DNA of 64,000 nt, from assembly GCA_052148655.1 (NCBI GenBank), contig JBKQHU010000132.1, positions 22,813 through 86,812 on the forward strand, given 5' to 3'. The translations under genes were made by a program, and so were the position numbers. This DNA comes from Acidimicrobiales bacterium (lineage in GTDB: Bacteria; Actinomycetota; Acidimicrobiia; Acidimicrobiales; Bog-793). Position 1 is the first letter of the stretch. Every line of letters starts with the position of its first letter. Below the pieces are notes generated by a model, which searched no databases, was not told the DNA's origin, and saw nothing but the letters and a program-made list of their open reading frames with translations. Positions 1-9,636 of the stretch are shown one piece after another.

Positions 1-1
1 G

Positions 2-739
2 ACGACCCCGGACCAGACGGTGCCCGCCACCTCCGCCCGGGTGCACCACCAGCTTGGCTGCCGCGGGGCTGCTTTCGACCTGAACGCCGCTTGTGCGGGC
101 TTCGTGTACGGGCTCGTGACCGCCGTCGCGCTGCTCGACGCGGGACACGAACGTGCCCTTGTCGTCGGTGCGGACACGCTCTCGCAGATAACCGACCAGA
201 ACGACCGGAACACAGCGGTGCTGTTCGGCGACGGGGCCGGCGCCATCGTCATCGAGGCCACCGAGGGCGAACCGCTGATCCTGGCGCACGACCTCGGCCT
301 GGACGGGTCCTTGACCCCGATCCTGTACTGCGACAGGGGGGGTTACATCGTGATGGAGGGACGCGAGGTATTCCGCAAGGCCGTGCGCGTGACCGTCGAG
401 TCTGCGCAGCGTGTGCTGAAACAGGCAGACGTCAAAGCCGAGGACATCGCCCTTTTCATCCCGCACCAGGCCAACATCAGGATCATCGACGCCATGGGCG
501 AGCGACTCGGGATCGATCCGGCTCGTTATGCGGTCTGCATCGACCACACCGGGAACACCTCGGCCGCGTCCTGCGGGATCGCGCTCGCCGAAGCTGCCGA
601 CGCCGGGCGCCTCAAGGAGGGGGACCTCGTCCTGTTCTCCGGCTTCGGAGCCGGGATGACATGGGCAAGCGCCATCGTGCGATGGGGCGGGGCCCCGGCG
701 GCTTCGACCCGGGCCGACGGCACCGGGGCGCTCGGGTGA
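2..739 (+). CDS. fabH: 3-oxoacyl-ACP synthase III (KAS III), 5'-truncated by window edge
   Basis: The frame is open from the window start. The product carries KAS III hallmarks: NAACAGF (active-site Cys), HQAN and GNTSAAS. Confidence 0.9.
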   Translation, partial: TTPDQTVPATSARVHHQLGCRGAAFDLNAACAGFVYGLVTAVALLDAGHERALVVGADTLSQITDQNDRNTAVLFGDGAGAIVIEATEGEPLILAHDLGLDGSLTPILYCDRGGYIVMEGREVFRKAVRVTVESAQRVLKQADVKAEDIALFIPHQANIRIIDAMGERLGIDPARYAVCIDHTGNTSAASCGIALAEAADAGRLKEGDLVLFSGFGAGMTWASAIVRWGGAPAASTRADGTGALG

Positions 740-1515
740 CAAACGGGCAGGAGAACCCAGCTCCCCGGGACACGCCCGGCACGGGCCCGGGGCGGGTGGT
801 CTTCGTGACCGGTGGCTCACGCGGTATCGGGCTGGCCTGCGCGCGGCGGTTCCAGGCCGGGGGCGACCGCGTCGCGGTCACATGGCGGACCAAGCCACCA
901 GCTGAGATCGAGGGGCCGGACGGGACCCATCAGCTCTGGCCGGTCTGCTGCGATGTCACTTCGCCGCCAGAAGTGGAGCGGGCTTTCGACGAGGTCGAAC
1001 AGGCACTCGGGCCCGTCCAGGTCCTCGTCTGCGCCGCCGGTATCACCGATGACACCCTGCTGCTCCGCATGTCCGAGGAGCGGTGGGACAACGTGATCCA
1101 AACGAACCTGACCTCTGTTTACCGGACCACGAAGCGGGCGCTCGGGCCGATGGTCCGGGCACGGGGGGGCCGTATCGTGCTGATCTCGTCGGTCGTCGCC
1201 TTTATGGGTTCACCGGGCCAGGCCAACTACGGGGCCTCCAAGGCGGCGCTGGTGGGATTCGCCCGCTCGCTGGCGAGGGAGGTGGCCACCCGCAACATCA
1301 CCGTCAACGTGGTTAGCCCTGGGTTCGTGTCCACAGATATGATCGCTGTGTTAGGAGAAGATCGCGTCGCGGCCCTGACAGCCATGGTGCCGATGGGAAG
1401 GCAAGCCGTCCCCGACGAGATCGCCTCGGCCGTCGAGTTCCTGGCCTCAGACGGTGCCAGCTATGTGACCGGCGCCGTACTGGCCGTGGACGGTGGTCTC
1501 GGTATGGGCCACTGA
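736..1515 (+). CDS. fabG: 3-oxoacyl-ACP reductase (SDR family)
   Basis: GTG at 736 overlaps the fabH stop (GTGA). SDR motifs TGGSRGIG and YGASKAA are present. The upstream part of track ORF 91..1515 is out-of-frame read-through of fabH. Confidence 0.9.
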   Translation: MTNGQENPAPRDTPGTGPGRVVFVTGGSRGIGLACARRFQAGGDRVAVTWRTKPPAEIEGPDGTHQLWPVCCDVTSPPEVERAFDEVEQALGPVQVLVCAAGITDDTLLLRMSEERWDNVIQTNLTSVYRTTKRALGPMVRARGGRIVLISSVVAFMGSPGQANYGASKAALVGFARSLAREVATRNITVNVVSPGFVSTDMIAVLGEDRVAALTAMVPMGRQAVPDEIASAVEFLASDGASYVTGAVLAVDGGLGMGH

Positions 1516-1557
1516 CTCATCGCAACCGAACAACCGACGAGAGAAAGCAGCCCACGC

Positions 1558-1797
1558 ATGGACAACGAAGAGACGTTCGAGAAGTTCAAGGCCTGCGCAG
1601 TCGAGATACTGAACGTGCCCGGCGAAAAGGTGACCCTTGACGCAAACTTCGCCAACGACCTTGATGCCGACAGCCTCGACCTGGTCGAGCTCGTGATGGA
1701 GCTGGAGGAGGTCTTCAGCATCACCGTCGACGAGAGTGAGCTCGAGGGCGTCGAGACCATCGGTCAGGCGTACGAGCTCGTCACTTCCAAGCTTTGA
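1558..1797 (+). CDS. acpP: acyl carrier protein
   Basis: The 79-aa product has the phosphopantetheine-site motif DLDADSLDLVELVMELEE. It sits between fabG and fabF. Confidence 0.95.
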   Translation: MDNEETFEKFKACAVEILNVPGEKVTLDANFANDLDADSLDLVELVMELEEVFSITVDESELEGVETIGQAYELVTSKL

Positions 1798-2999
1798 TGG
1801 CCAGCGCCGAGCTCGGACCCGACCGGGGTGGTCGCCGAAGGGTCGCGGTCACGGGACTCGGCGTGGTTTCGTGTTGCGGCATCGGCAAGGATGCCTTCTT
1901 TGCGGGCTTGAACGGTCCGGCGCCCGAGGGTGAGCACCGGGTCCGGGACTTCGATGCCTCGCTCTGGTTCGATGCCAAGGAAGTCAGGCGCGTAGACCTC
2001 TTCGCCCAATTTGCCGTAGCCGCCTCCGAGATGGCGCTCGAGGATTCCGGCCAGCTCGAGGTCGATCCGGCCCTGGCGGGGATTCAGATCGGCACCGGTG
2101 TCGGGGGTCTCAGCACGATGGAGGCCCAGATCGGCGTGCTGCTCGAAAAGGGCCCGCGGCGCGTATCCCCCTTCCTCGTGCCGATGATGATGGCCAACGC
2201 CGGCGGCGCCACGGTCTCGATGCGCCTGGGCTGGCGGGGCCCGTGCGAGACGATCACGACGGCTTGCGCGTCGGGCACACACTCGATCCTCGCCGGCCAC
2301 CGCCTGATCGCCACCGGACGCTGCGAGGCGGTGCTCGCAGGCGGTGCCGAGGCGGCTATGACCCCCGTCGCGCTGGCCGCCTTCGGCAACATGACGGCGT
2401 TGTCCACGAGCGGGCAGTCGCGACCGTTCGACATGCGCCGAGACGGCTTCGTGATCGCCGAAGGTGGAGCGGTGCTCGTGCTCGAGGAGCTGGAACGGGC
2501 CCGGGCCAGAGGGGCGCACATCTACGCGGAACTTCTCGGAGGTGCTTCGACCGCGGACGCGCACCACATCACCGCGCCCGCCCCGGGAGGAGCCGGCGCC
2601 ATCGGCTGCATGGAGCTCGCCCTCGAAGACTCCGGCCTCAGGGCGGCTGACATCGCCCACGTCAACGCCCACGGCACCTCCACTCCCCTCAACGACATGG
2701 CCGAAGCCGAAGCCATCGAGAAGATCTTCGGCCGCCCGGGGCCCGTGGTCACTTCCATCAAGGGCGTCACCGGTCATTCGCTCGGGGCCGCTGGAGCCCT
2801 CGAGGCGGTCGCTTGTGCGCTGTCGATCGAACGGCGGCTGATACCACCCACGGTCGGCCTCGAACACCAGGATCCGGAAATCCACCTCGACATCGTCCGG
2901 GACACCCCGCGGGAGTGGGAACCAGGGCCAGTGCTTTCGAACAGCTTCGGTTTCGGGGGGCACAACGGCTGCATCGTGCTCGCTCCCCCTCCTCGCTGA
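1797..2999 (+). CDS. fabF: 3-oxoacyl-ACP synthase II (KAS II)
   Basis: ATG at 1797 shares one base with the acpP stop (TGATG). Motifs present: TACASG (active-site Cys), NAHGTSTP and GHSLGAAG. Confidence 0.93.
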   Translation: MASAELGPDRGGRRRVAVTGLGVVSCCGIGKDAFFAGLNGPAPEGEHRVRDFDASLWFDAKEVRRVDLFAQFAVAASEMALEDSGQLEVDPALAGIQIGTGVGGLSTMEAQIGVLLEKGPRRVSPFLVPMMMANAGGATVSMRLGWRGPCETITTACASGTHSILAGHRLIATGRCEAVLAGGAEAAMTPVALAAFGNMTALSTSGQSRPFDMRRDGFVIAEGGAVLVLEELERARARGAHIYAELLGGASTADAHHITAPAPGGAGAIGCMELALEDSGLRAADIAHVNAHGTSTPLNDMAEAEAIEKIFGRPGPVVTSIKGVTGHSLGAAGALEAVACALSIERRLIPPTVGLEHQDPEIHLDIVRDTPREWEPGPVLSNSFGFGGHNGCIVLAPPPR

Positions 3000-3017
3000 G
3001 TCACGGGCCGCGAGGAG

Positions 3018-4631
3018 TTGACGGTCCCCGAGGAACCCGCCGGCCGGACCGGCCCTAGGCCGCCCGACTGTGCATTTGCCGGTTTCAGCGACGATCCTCC
3101 GTGGCTCGTCGACCCGGACGCGCTTACGTGGCTCGCAAATATCGACCTCATCCGGGCGAGGACACGCGCCGAGGTCCCACGCCTCGTGCGACGCCGGCGA
3201 GCCCCCCCTGCCCACCGCATCGTGAAGGTCGGCTGGACGCTGGCGCGCGCCGTAGGGGCCTGGTACATCGTCGACCGGGGCAGGGGCAAGGCACGCTCAC
3301 GCCTCGGTCTGTCACGGCGGCTGCGGGTCGCGTTCGGCACGCTCGGACCCACGTACATCAAGCTCGGGCAGATCCTCTCATCGGGGGAAGGGATCTTCCC
3401 CGAGGAGATCGTGTCGCAATTCCGCCTGCTGTTAGACCGGGTGCCGCCGGAGTCGTTCGACTCGGTGCGCCGCATCGTCGAAGCGGAGCTCGGCTGCGCC
3501 TTGGACGCGACCTTTGCCGAATTCGACCGGGCCCCGATCGCGGCTGCCTCCATCGCCCAGGTGCACGGCGCTCGTCTTCTGACGGGCGAACGGGTGGTCG
3601 TAAAGGTCCAGCGGCCCGACGTCGCCGAACTCGTGCGCAGGGACCTCGCCGCCATGAGCTTCTTCGCCCCTTTCCTGGTCGGGCGGATCCCGGTCGCGGC
3701 GCTCGCCAACCCCCCCGCGCTCATCGAGCTGTTCGCGGAGACGATCGTTGAGGAGCTCGACTTCCGGCTCGAGGCGGCCAACATGCTCGACGTCGGCCAC
3801 GTGCTCGCCGAGACCGGCCAGCGTTCCATCATCGTGCCGCGCCCGCACCCCCGCCTGGTCACGCGCCGCATGCTCGTGATGGAAAGGCTTGACGGCTTCG
3901 CCTGGGACGACGTGGAGGGCATGCGAGCCATCGGGATCGACACCACCGCGGTGCTGCGGGCGGAGATGATCTCGTTCCTCGAAGGGGCGATGCTCTACGG
4001 CGTGTTCCATGGTGACCTGCACGGCGGGAACCTCCTCGTCCAGGGCGACGGTCGCGTGGCCCTGCTCGACTTCGGAATCACCGGGCGTCTCGGCGAGCGG
4101 CAGCGTCTCGCCTTCTTGCAGCTGCTCATCGGCGGCTCGACGAGCAACCTCCCGATCCAGGTGAACGCCTTGAAGGAGCTCGGCGCGCTCAAGGCGGACG
4201 CCGATGTGCAACAGGTGATAAAGGACCTCGGCTTGGACAAGCCGAGCCCAGACGTGATCGCCCTGTCGGCCGACGAGCTCACCGCCCAGCTCCGGGATCT
4301 CACAAAGCAGCTCCTCGCCTACGGCGCGCGGATGCCAAAAGAGCTCATGTTGTTCGTGAAGGACATGCTGTTTCTCGACGGGGCTGTCGCGACACTGGCG
4401 CCGGGACTCGACCTGCTCGGAGAAGTGGCCTTGATCGCGACCTACTTCTTCGACCGCTACGGGGAGAGGATCGCGTCCGAGATCGGCCTCGATCCCCGCG
4501 CCGTGCCGATCGACCTCGACGCTTTGCGGTCGTCCATCGGCCTAGCTCCCGACACCGAGGAGTTCACCTACAGGGACCTGCAGGAACGCCGCCAGGTTGT
4601 CCGCAAGAAGTTCGAGCGGAGGGACTCCTAG
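3018..4631 (+). CDS. ABC1/UbiB (AarF) family atypical kinase
   Basis: ABC1-domain blocks are present: GPTYIKLGQILS, AAASIAQVH, VVKVQRP and HGDLHGGN. The start codon is uncertain (TTG 3018 abuts an AGGAG). Confidence 0.85.
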   Translation: MTVPEEPAGRTGPRPPDCAFAGFSDDPPWLVDPDALTWLANIDLIRARTRAEVPRLVRRRRAPPAHRIVKVGWTLARAVGAWYIVDRGRGKARSRLGLSRRLRVAFGTLGPTYIKLGQILSSGEGIFPEEIVSQFRLLLDRVPPESFDSVRRIVEAELGCALDATFAEFDRAPIAAASIAQVHGARLLTGERVVVKVQRPDVAELVRRDLAAMSFFAPFLVGRIPVAALANPPALIELFAETIVEELDFRLEAANMLDVGHVLAETGQRSIIVPRPHPRLVTRRMLVMERLDGFAWDDVEGMRAIGIDTTAVLRAEMISFLEGAMLYGVFHGDLHGGNLLVQGDGRVALLDFGITGRLGERQRLAFLQLLIGGSTSNLPIQVNALKELGALKADADVQQVIKDLGLDKPSPDVIALSADELTAQLRDLTKQLLAYGARMPKELMLFVKDMLFLDGAVATLAPGLDLLGEVALIATYFFDRYGERIASEIGLDPRAVPIDLDALRSSIGLAPDTEEFTYRDLQERRQVVRKKFERRDS

Positions 4632-4856
4632 CAGCGCCGGCCGAGCCGTGTGGTGCCGGTTCTGGCGTGAGGCTGCCACAATGCGGTCGGCAGGCACCCT
4701 TGGCGCCGGGAACCTCAGGCTGTGACGAGCCGGCGCAGCACGACGCTTCGCTTGCCTTCCGGCCGGATCTCTGGCTAGGGTCAACCCAACCGGTAACCGG
4801 CCTTCTCGTGGCGTGACCTCGCCGCCTTCAAGTCCCCACGACGACAAGGAACGACC

Positions 4857-5297
4857 ATGCGCCCACCGGTGGACGACCGCGCGATACGGATCTTGCGCGA
4901 GAACGTGCCCGAGTTCGAGGATCATTACCTCGACCTGGCGGACATCTACGACGAGGACCTGACACCGCAGGTGGTGTTCAACGAGCTCGCGGACTTCGTG
5001 ACCGAGCTGTTGCGCCACGGTGATCGCGAGGACACCCTCGAGCGGTGCTTCGCGGCAGTCGAGCTCGTAGCCATCGAGCCCGGAGCAGACGGGACCGGGC
5101 TGGTCGCGTTCTGCTTCTTAGACCAGTTGGCACCTTTCGCCCTCGAGATGACGCGGAGCTACCTGGAGCCGGTCACAGAGACGATCCTCGAGCTGGTGGA
5201 ACAGGACCTCCTCTACGAAGACGACGGCGAGACGGCGCTCCTGGCCTGCGACCGCCCCTCGCCCCCAGGCGAGAGTCGTCCTCAGGCGGGACACTGA
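4857..5297 (+). CDS. hypothetical acidic protein (146 aa)
   Basis: ATG is preceded by AAGGAA. The product is D/E-rich and looks helical. I recognise no family. Confidence 0.5.
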   Translation: MRPPVDDRAIRILRENVPEFEDHYLDLADIYDEDLTPQVVFNELADFVTELLRHGDREDTLERCFAAVELVAIEPGADGTGLVAFCFLDQLAPFALEMTRSYLEPVTETILELVEQDLLYEDDGETALLACDRPSPPGESRPQAGH

Positions 5298-5355
5298 CAA
5301 TGGTTGGACAATGTCGTCGCTCGCCGGGACCGGGGCGCAAGTGCCGGCGCCCGGT

Positions 5356-5595
5356 TCACGAAGTGGTCGGGGCCCGCAGCTTGGCTTGTTCGAGCAGCGT
5401 CTCTTCTGACCTGATGGAGGCCGCGTTGGCGGCTGAGACGGCGTCGTAGACCTCCGAGCGGTGAATCGGCACCTGGCGTGGTGCTTCGATGGCGATCCTC
5501 ACGTGACGCCCGTCCACGATGGCGCGCACCTCGATAACGATGTCGTCGCCGATGAGAATGCGTTCGCCGACGCCGCGAGTAAGGACGAGAGCCAC
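5356..5595 (-). CDS. csrA: carbon storage regulator / translational repressor CsrA (79 aa)
   Basis: GTG at 5595 has AAGGAG 5 nt upstream. The product VALVLTRGVGERILIGDDIVIEVRAIVDGRHVRIAIEAPRQVPIHRSEVY matches the CsrA core. The rest of track ORF 5356..5985 is a spurious extension. Confidence 0.85.
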   Translation of the reverse strand: MALVLTRGVGERILIGDDIVIEVRAIVDGRHVRIAIEAPRQVPIHRSEVYDAVSAANAASIRSEETLLEQAKLRAPTTS

Positions 5596-5884
5596 CTTGT
5601 CTCCTTGGTCGTCTGGAGGTCGACCCCAATCGTAGACTTGCCCGCGGCCGGGATCCGCTGTCGCGGTTGCCCGGCCCCGGACAGCACTCGCCGGCGGCCT
5701 TGGCGGGGCGGCCGCCGAAGCGGAGAGGCGCCCCCCCAAGACGGGTTCCGGCTCCTTCGGACGAAGCGTCCGCGCTTGTTGGCAAGATCCGGGGCGATCG
5801 CGTCGTAAGTAGCTGCGGTGGGGCAGGGATCGCCCGCAACGTAGGCCAAGGACGGCTTTCGAGTCCGAATAGGCAAGGTGACCT

Positions 5885-6223
5885 ATGGCTGACGCGGTCG
5901 AGGCGATCAATGTGCTCAACTTCGCGTTGGACGCGATCCAGCAACGCCAACAGGTCATCGCGAACAACATCACGAACGAGAACACGCCCGGCTTCCAGGC
6001 TCAAGTCGTGACCTTCGAGCAGTCGCTTGCTGACGCCGTCGCCGACGGCGGCACGGCGAGCACCACCATCGCCCCAGAGGGCCTCCCGTCCGGCACGAAC
6101 GGCAACAACGTGAGCCTGCCGGCCGAGCTCGCCCTCGAGACACAGACGAACCTCGAGAACCAGTCGGTCGCGAACTCGCTGAGCTCGCAGTTCGCGATCC
6201 TCTCGTCGGCCATCTCCGCGTAG
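5885..6223 (+). CDS. flgB: flagellar basal-body rod protein FlgB
   Basis: N-terminal rod motif ...QQVIANNITNENTPGF. It is the first gene of the flgB-flgC-fliE series. Confidence 0.85.
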   Translation: MADAVEAINVLNFALDAIQQRQQVIANNITNENTPGFQAQVVTFEQSLADAVADGGTASTTIAPEGLPSGTNGNNVSLPAELALETQTNLENQSVANSLSSQFAILSSAISA

Positions 6224-6239
6224 GCAGGAGGACCGCCTC

Positions 6240-6647
6240 ATGTCGATGTTCCCCTCGATCTCCATCGCAGGCACCGGGCTCGAGGTCGACCAGACCTGGA
6301 TCGACGCCATCGGTGGCAACGTCGCGAACGCCGAGGACGCGGTGACCCCGGGTCAGCCCGTGTACCGGGAAGAGGAAGTGACCGCGGTCGCCTCACCCGG
6401 CTCGGGGTCCAACTCGCCTGGCAACGGTGTCCAAGCGTCCGTCACTCTCGGCCCCGCGCAGGGAATCCTCACCCACGACCCCGACAACCCGCTCGCCGAC
6501 AAGGCGGGCGACGTTCTCTACCCGAACGTGAACATCGGCCACGAAATGACCTCGCTCGTCGAGGCGCAGGTCGGCTACGAGGTCAACGCCAAGGTCCTCC
6601 AGAACAGCGACACCGCCTACCAGGCGATCCTGGCGATCAAGGCCTGA
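6240..6647 (+). CDS. flgC: flagellar basal-body rod protein FlgC
   Basis: N-terminal IGGNVANAED and the C-terminal rod motif MTSLVEAQVGYEVNAKVLQ. Confidence 0.9.
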   Translation: MSMFPSISIAGTGLEVDQTWIDAIGGNVANAEDAVTPGQPVYREEEVTAVASPGSGSNSPGNGVQASVTLGPAQGILTHDPDNPLADKAGDVLYPNVNIGHEMTSLVEAQVGYEVNAKVLQNSDTAYQAILAIKA

Positions 6648-6652
6648 CACCG

Positions 6653-6958
6653 ATGATCCCCCCCATCGTCCCCGTCAGCGCCATGGCCAGCGCCTCACCC
6701 GTGTCAGCAACCCCTGCCGCAACGGCTGTCTCGGGTACCGACGGCTTCGCCGACCTTCTCGGATCCGCCCTCGACAAGCTCAACGAGACGACCTCGAACG
6801 CGGCGACACTCGCCATCGAGGGCGCCACCGGTCAGGCGAACATCGCCGACGTGACGGTCGCCGCCAGCGAGGCTCAGCTCGCCGTCCAGCTCGCGACGGC
6901 CGTCAGGAACGAAGGCGTGACGGCACTCAACTCGATCATGTCGATGCAGGCAGGCTGA
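6653..6958 (+). CDS. fliE: flagellar hook-basal body complex protein FliE
   Basis: The 101-aa product has the C-terminal block AASEAQLAVQLATAVRNEGVTALNSIMSMQ typical of FliE. The position after flgC also fits. Confidence 0.85.
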   Translation: MIPPIVPVSAMASASPVSATPAATAVSGTDGFADLLGSALDKLNETTSNAATLAIEGATGQANIADVTVAASEAQLAVQLATAVRNEGVTALNSIMSMQAG

Positions 6959-6959
6959 C

Positions 6960-8537
6960 GTGGCCGTCGTTGCCTTCGACTCGAGCAAGCTGAACGGGAC
7001 CGTGGCACGGACGCGCCAGTACCTCAACGGCTTCACGCCCGGCCAAAAGGCGATGACCGTCATCGCGGCCATCGGCCTTGCCGTGGGCGGCGCCGTGTTC
7101 GTCACCCACGCCTCAGGACCGAGCTACACGGTCCTTTACGCGAACCTGCAGTCCTCCCAGGCCGGCCAGGTCACCCAGCAGCTCTCCTCGAACCACGTCC
7201 CCTACGAGCTTGAGGACAACGGGACCACGGTGCTCGTCCCCGAGGCCGATGTGAACCAGGAGCGGATCAGCCTCGCCGAAGCGGGGCTTCCCTCGGGTGG
7301 GACCATCACGTTCCAGACGCTCGCCTCCACGGGGATCACCTCGTCCCAGTTCGTGCAGAACGTCGACTACCAAGAGGCACTCGAGGGACAGCTCGCCTCG
7401 ACCATCGAGTCGATCCAGGGCATCTCGAGCGCCCAGGTGTCCCTCGTCATGCCCAGTACGTCCAGCTTCGCCGTCGCGAGCACCCAGACCCCGACCGCCT
7501 CGGTCCTGGTGGACCTCGCCGACGGGACCGAGCTCACCGCCAGCCAGGTCCAGGGGATAGTCCACCTAGTCGCGTCGGCGGTGCCGAGCCTCGATGCGAA
7601 CAACGTCACGGTCGTCGACAACAACGGCAACGTCCTGTCCGCCCCGGGCGTCGACGCGTCGGCGAGCACCAGCACCTCTGAGACCACGGCCTACGACGGC
7701 CAGCTGGCTGCTTCCCTGACGGCTCTGTTGGCACGTGTCGTCGGTCCGGACAACGCCGCGGTCGAGGTCCACGCCGTTCTCAACTTCAACCAGCAGACCA
7801 CAACCACGACCGGTCTCGAGCTCGGCAAGGACGGCAAGCCGGTCACGACCCCGACGAGCCAGGACACCACGCACCAGACCTACACCGGCAACGGGGCCCA
7901 GGCCGCCGGATCGCTGGGTTCCAGTTCCACCTCGACGAACCAGAACGGCACCTACAACTCGACCGAGACCCAGACCCAGACCGCTGTCGGCCAGGTCTCA
8001 GAGACGGTGCAGCAAGCACCCGGACAGGTGGTCAAGACCGCCGTCGCCGTCCTCGTCAACTCGAGCTCCGTGAAACCGTCCCAGCTGACCAGCATCAAGA
8101 GCCTTGTCCAGACGGCAGCAGGGCTTGATCTCGCCACAGGCGACAGCATCGTCGTCACCGCTCTTCCCTTCTCCCCCGCCGCCCAGCAGGCCGCGACGAA
8201 GACTCCGACGATGGTGTCGAAGGTCGAGGGCTTCGCGCCCGACATCGGCCTCCTGCTGCTCATAGTGCTGCTCTTCTTCATGGCCTTGCGCAGCTCGAAA
8301 AAGCGGCGCCCGATCTTCGAAGAGATCCCGATGCGCCAGTTCGGTGGCGCGCTGTCGCCGATCGATGTCGACACCGGTGAGCTGCCGGCCGTGACGCCGC
8401 TCATGTCCGGGATGCTCTCGCAGGCAGCATCACCGGTCACACGCGAGGTCGACGCCTACATCAGCTCGAGCCCCGACGAGGTCGCGCAGCTGATGCGTGC
8501 CTGGTCCCAGGAGCGGTCCACAAGAGCGGGATCGTGA
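6960..8537 (+). CDS. fliF: flagellar MS-ring protein FliF
   Basis: GTG start lies 1 nt after the fliE stop. It has an N-terminal TM segment, then YTVLYANLQSSQAGQV...LEDNGTTVLVPEADV, a Ser/Thr-rich linker and a C-terminal TM segment. Confidence 0.9.
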   Translation: MAVVAFDSSKLNGTVARTRQYLNGFTPGQKAMTVIAAIGLAVGGAVFVTHASGPSYTVLYANLQSSQAGQVTQQLSSNHVPYELEDNGTTVLVPEADVNQERISLAEAGLPSGGTITFQTLASTGITSSQFVQNVDYQEALEGQLASTIESIQGISSAQVSLVMPSTSSFAVASTQTPTASVLVDLADGTELTASQVQGIVHLVASAVPSLDANNVTVVDNNGNVLSAPGVDASASTSTSETTAYDGQLAASLTALLARVVGPDNAAVEVHAVLNFNQQTTTTTGLELGKDGKPVTTPTSQDTTHQTYTGNGAQAAGSLGSSSTSTNQNGTYNSTETQTQTAVGQVSETVQQAPGQVVKTAVAVLVNSSSVKPSQLTSIKSLVQTAAGLDLATGDSIVVTALPFSPAAQQAATKTPTMVSKVEGFAPDIGLLLLIVLLFFMALRSSKKRRPIFEEIPMRQFGGALSPIDVDTGELPAVTPLMSGMLSQAASPVTREVDAYISSSPDEVAQLMRAWSQERSTRAGS

Positions 8538-8541
8538 CGAG

Positions 8542-9636
8542 ATGACCGACGCTGCGCTGACAGAGGCCCCCCAGGTGGAAGCTGGCGAGCACCTTGTCGT
8601 GCAGCGCGGTGCCGCCCCGGTGCGCAAGCTCCGCTTCGAGAACCTGACCGGTCAGCAAAAGGTCGCCATCGTGCTCGCACAGCTGCGCGAGGAGACCGCC
8701 GCCACCCTGCTAAAGGCGGTGGGCGACGAGGAGGCGGTGCTGCTGGCCACCGAGATAGCGAACCTCCCGCCGTTGGATCGCGAGGTGGTCGGCCGGGTGC
8801 TCGACGAGTTCGTCGGAAAGGTCAGCGCCACAAGGTCGATCATCCAGGGCGGCGTCGCCCAGGCGCGTCGCATGCTCGCCGCCGCCATCGGCGAGGAGCG
8901 CGCTGCCCAGGTCATGCCCCACCTGCAGGGCAACGTCGCCGCCGGGCCGCTCGCCTCGCTCTCGCAGGCGGACCCGAGCCATGTCGTGGCGTTGCTCGTC
9001 GACGAGCACCCGCAGACGGTCGCCGTGATCCTCGCCCACATGCCGCCGAACGACGGTTCCAGGTTGCTCGACGCCATGCCGAGCGATTTTCGGGCCGAGG
9101 TCGCTGTGCGGATCGCGACGATGGGTCCGGTCTCGCCGGAGGCCATCTCCACTTCGGCACAGCAGCTCGCCAACAAGCTGCGCGGTCTCGGCGCCGCCGG
9201 CGTGTCGGTGCCCGGTGGCGTCCCCGCCCTCGTGGAACTCCTCAACCGGGCGGACGGCTCGACCGAGAAGCAGGTGCTCGCGAGTCTCGAGGAACGCAAC
9301 CCCGAGCTCGCCGAGGCAGTAAGAGCGCACATGTTCACCTTCGAAGACGTGCTCGCCATGGAAGACCGGACTCTCCAGCTCGTGCTGCGCGGGATCAGGA
9401 TCCCCGATCTGGCACTCGCCATCAAGGGAACGAGCGACGACCCCGATGTCATGGACAAGGTCAAGCGCAACCTCTCCGACCGTGCCCAGGCCGAGCTCGT
9501 CGAGGAGATCGAGGTTATGGGCCCGGTGAGGATGTCCCAGGTAGACAACGCCCAGTCGACCATCGTGCGGGCCGTGCGCGAGCTCGAGGCGAGCGGCGAG
9601 ATCGTCATCGCCAGACAGACGGACCAACTGCTGTGA
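8542..9636 (+). CDS. fliG: flagellar motor switch protein FliG
   Basis: ATG at 8542 lies 4 nt after the fliF stop. FliG blocks present: KVAIVLAQL..., EHPQTVAVILAHMPP and the C-terminal MFTFEDVLAMEDRTLQLVLR. Confidence 0.9.
   Translation: MTDAALTEAPQVEAGEHLVVQRGAAPVRKLRFENLTGQQKVAIVLAQLREETAATLLKAVGDEEAVLLATEIANLPPLDREVVGRVLDEFVGKVSATRSIIQGGVAQARRMLAAAIGEERAAQVMPHLQGNVAAGPLASLSQADPSHVVALLVDEHPQTVAVILAHMPPNDGSRLLDAMPSDFRAEVAVRIATMGPVSPEAISTSAQQLANKLRGLGAAGVSVPGGVPALVELLNRADGSTEKQVLASLEERNPELAEAVRAHMFTFEDVLAMEDRTLQLVLRGIRIPDLALAIKGTSDDPDVMDKVKRNLSDRAQAELVEEIEVMGPVRMSQVDNAQSTIVRAVRELEASGEIVIARQTDQLL

Noticed and set aside
1764-3215. A 483-aa minus-strand ORF covering fabF.
   Set aside because: It is antisense to a gene with unmistakable KAS II motifs. 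Its product is Arg/Gly/Pro/Asp-rich with no motifs. This is the typical shadow ORF of high-GC DNA.
5282-6319. A 345-aa minus-strand ORF spanning the csrA region and flgB. Also the 209-aa extension of the csrA ORF (5596-5985).
   Set aside because: CsrA homology starts exactly at GTG 5595, which has a consensus RBS. The upstream extension and the alternative frame are Arg/Pro-rich and overlap flgB antisense.
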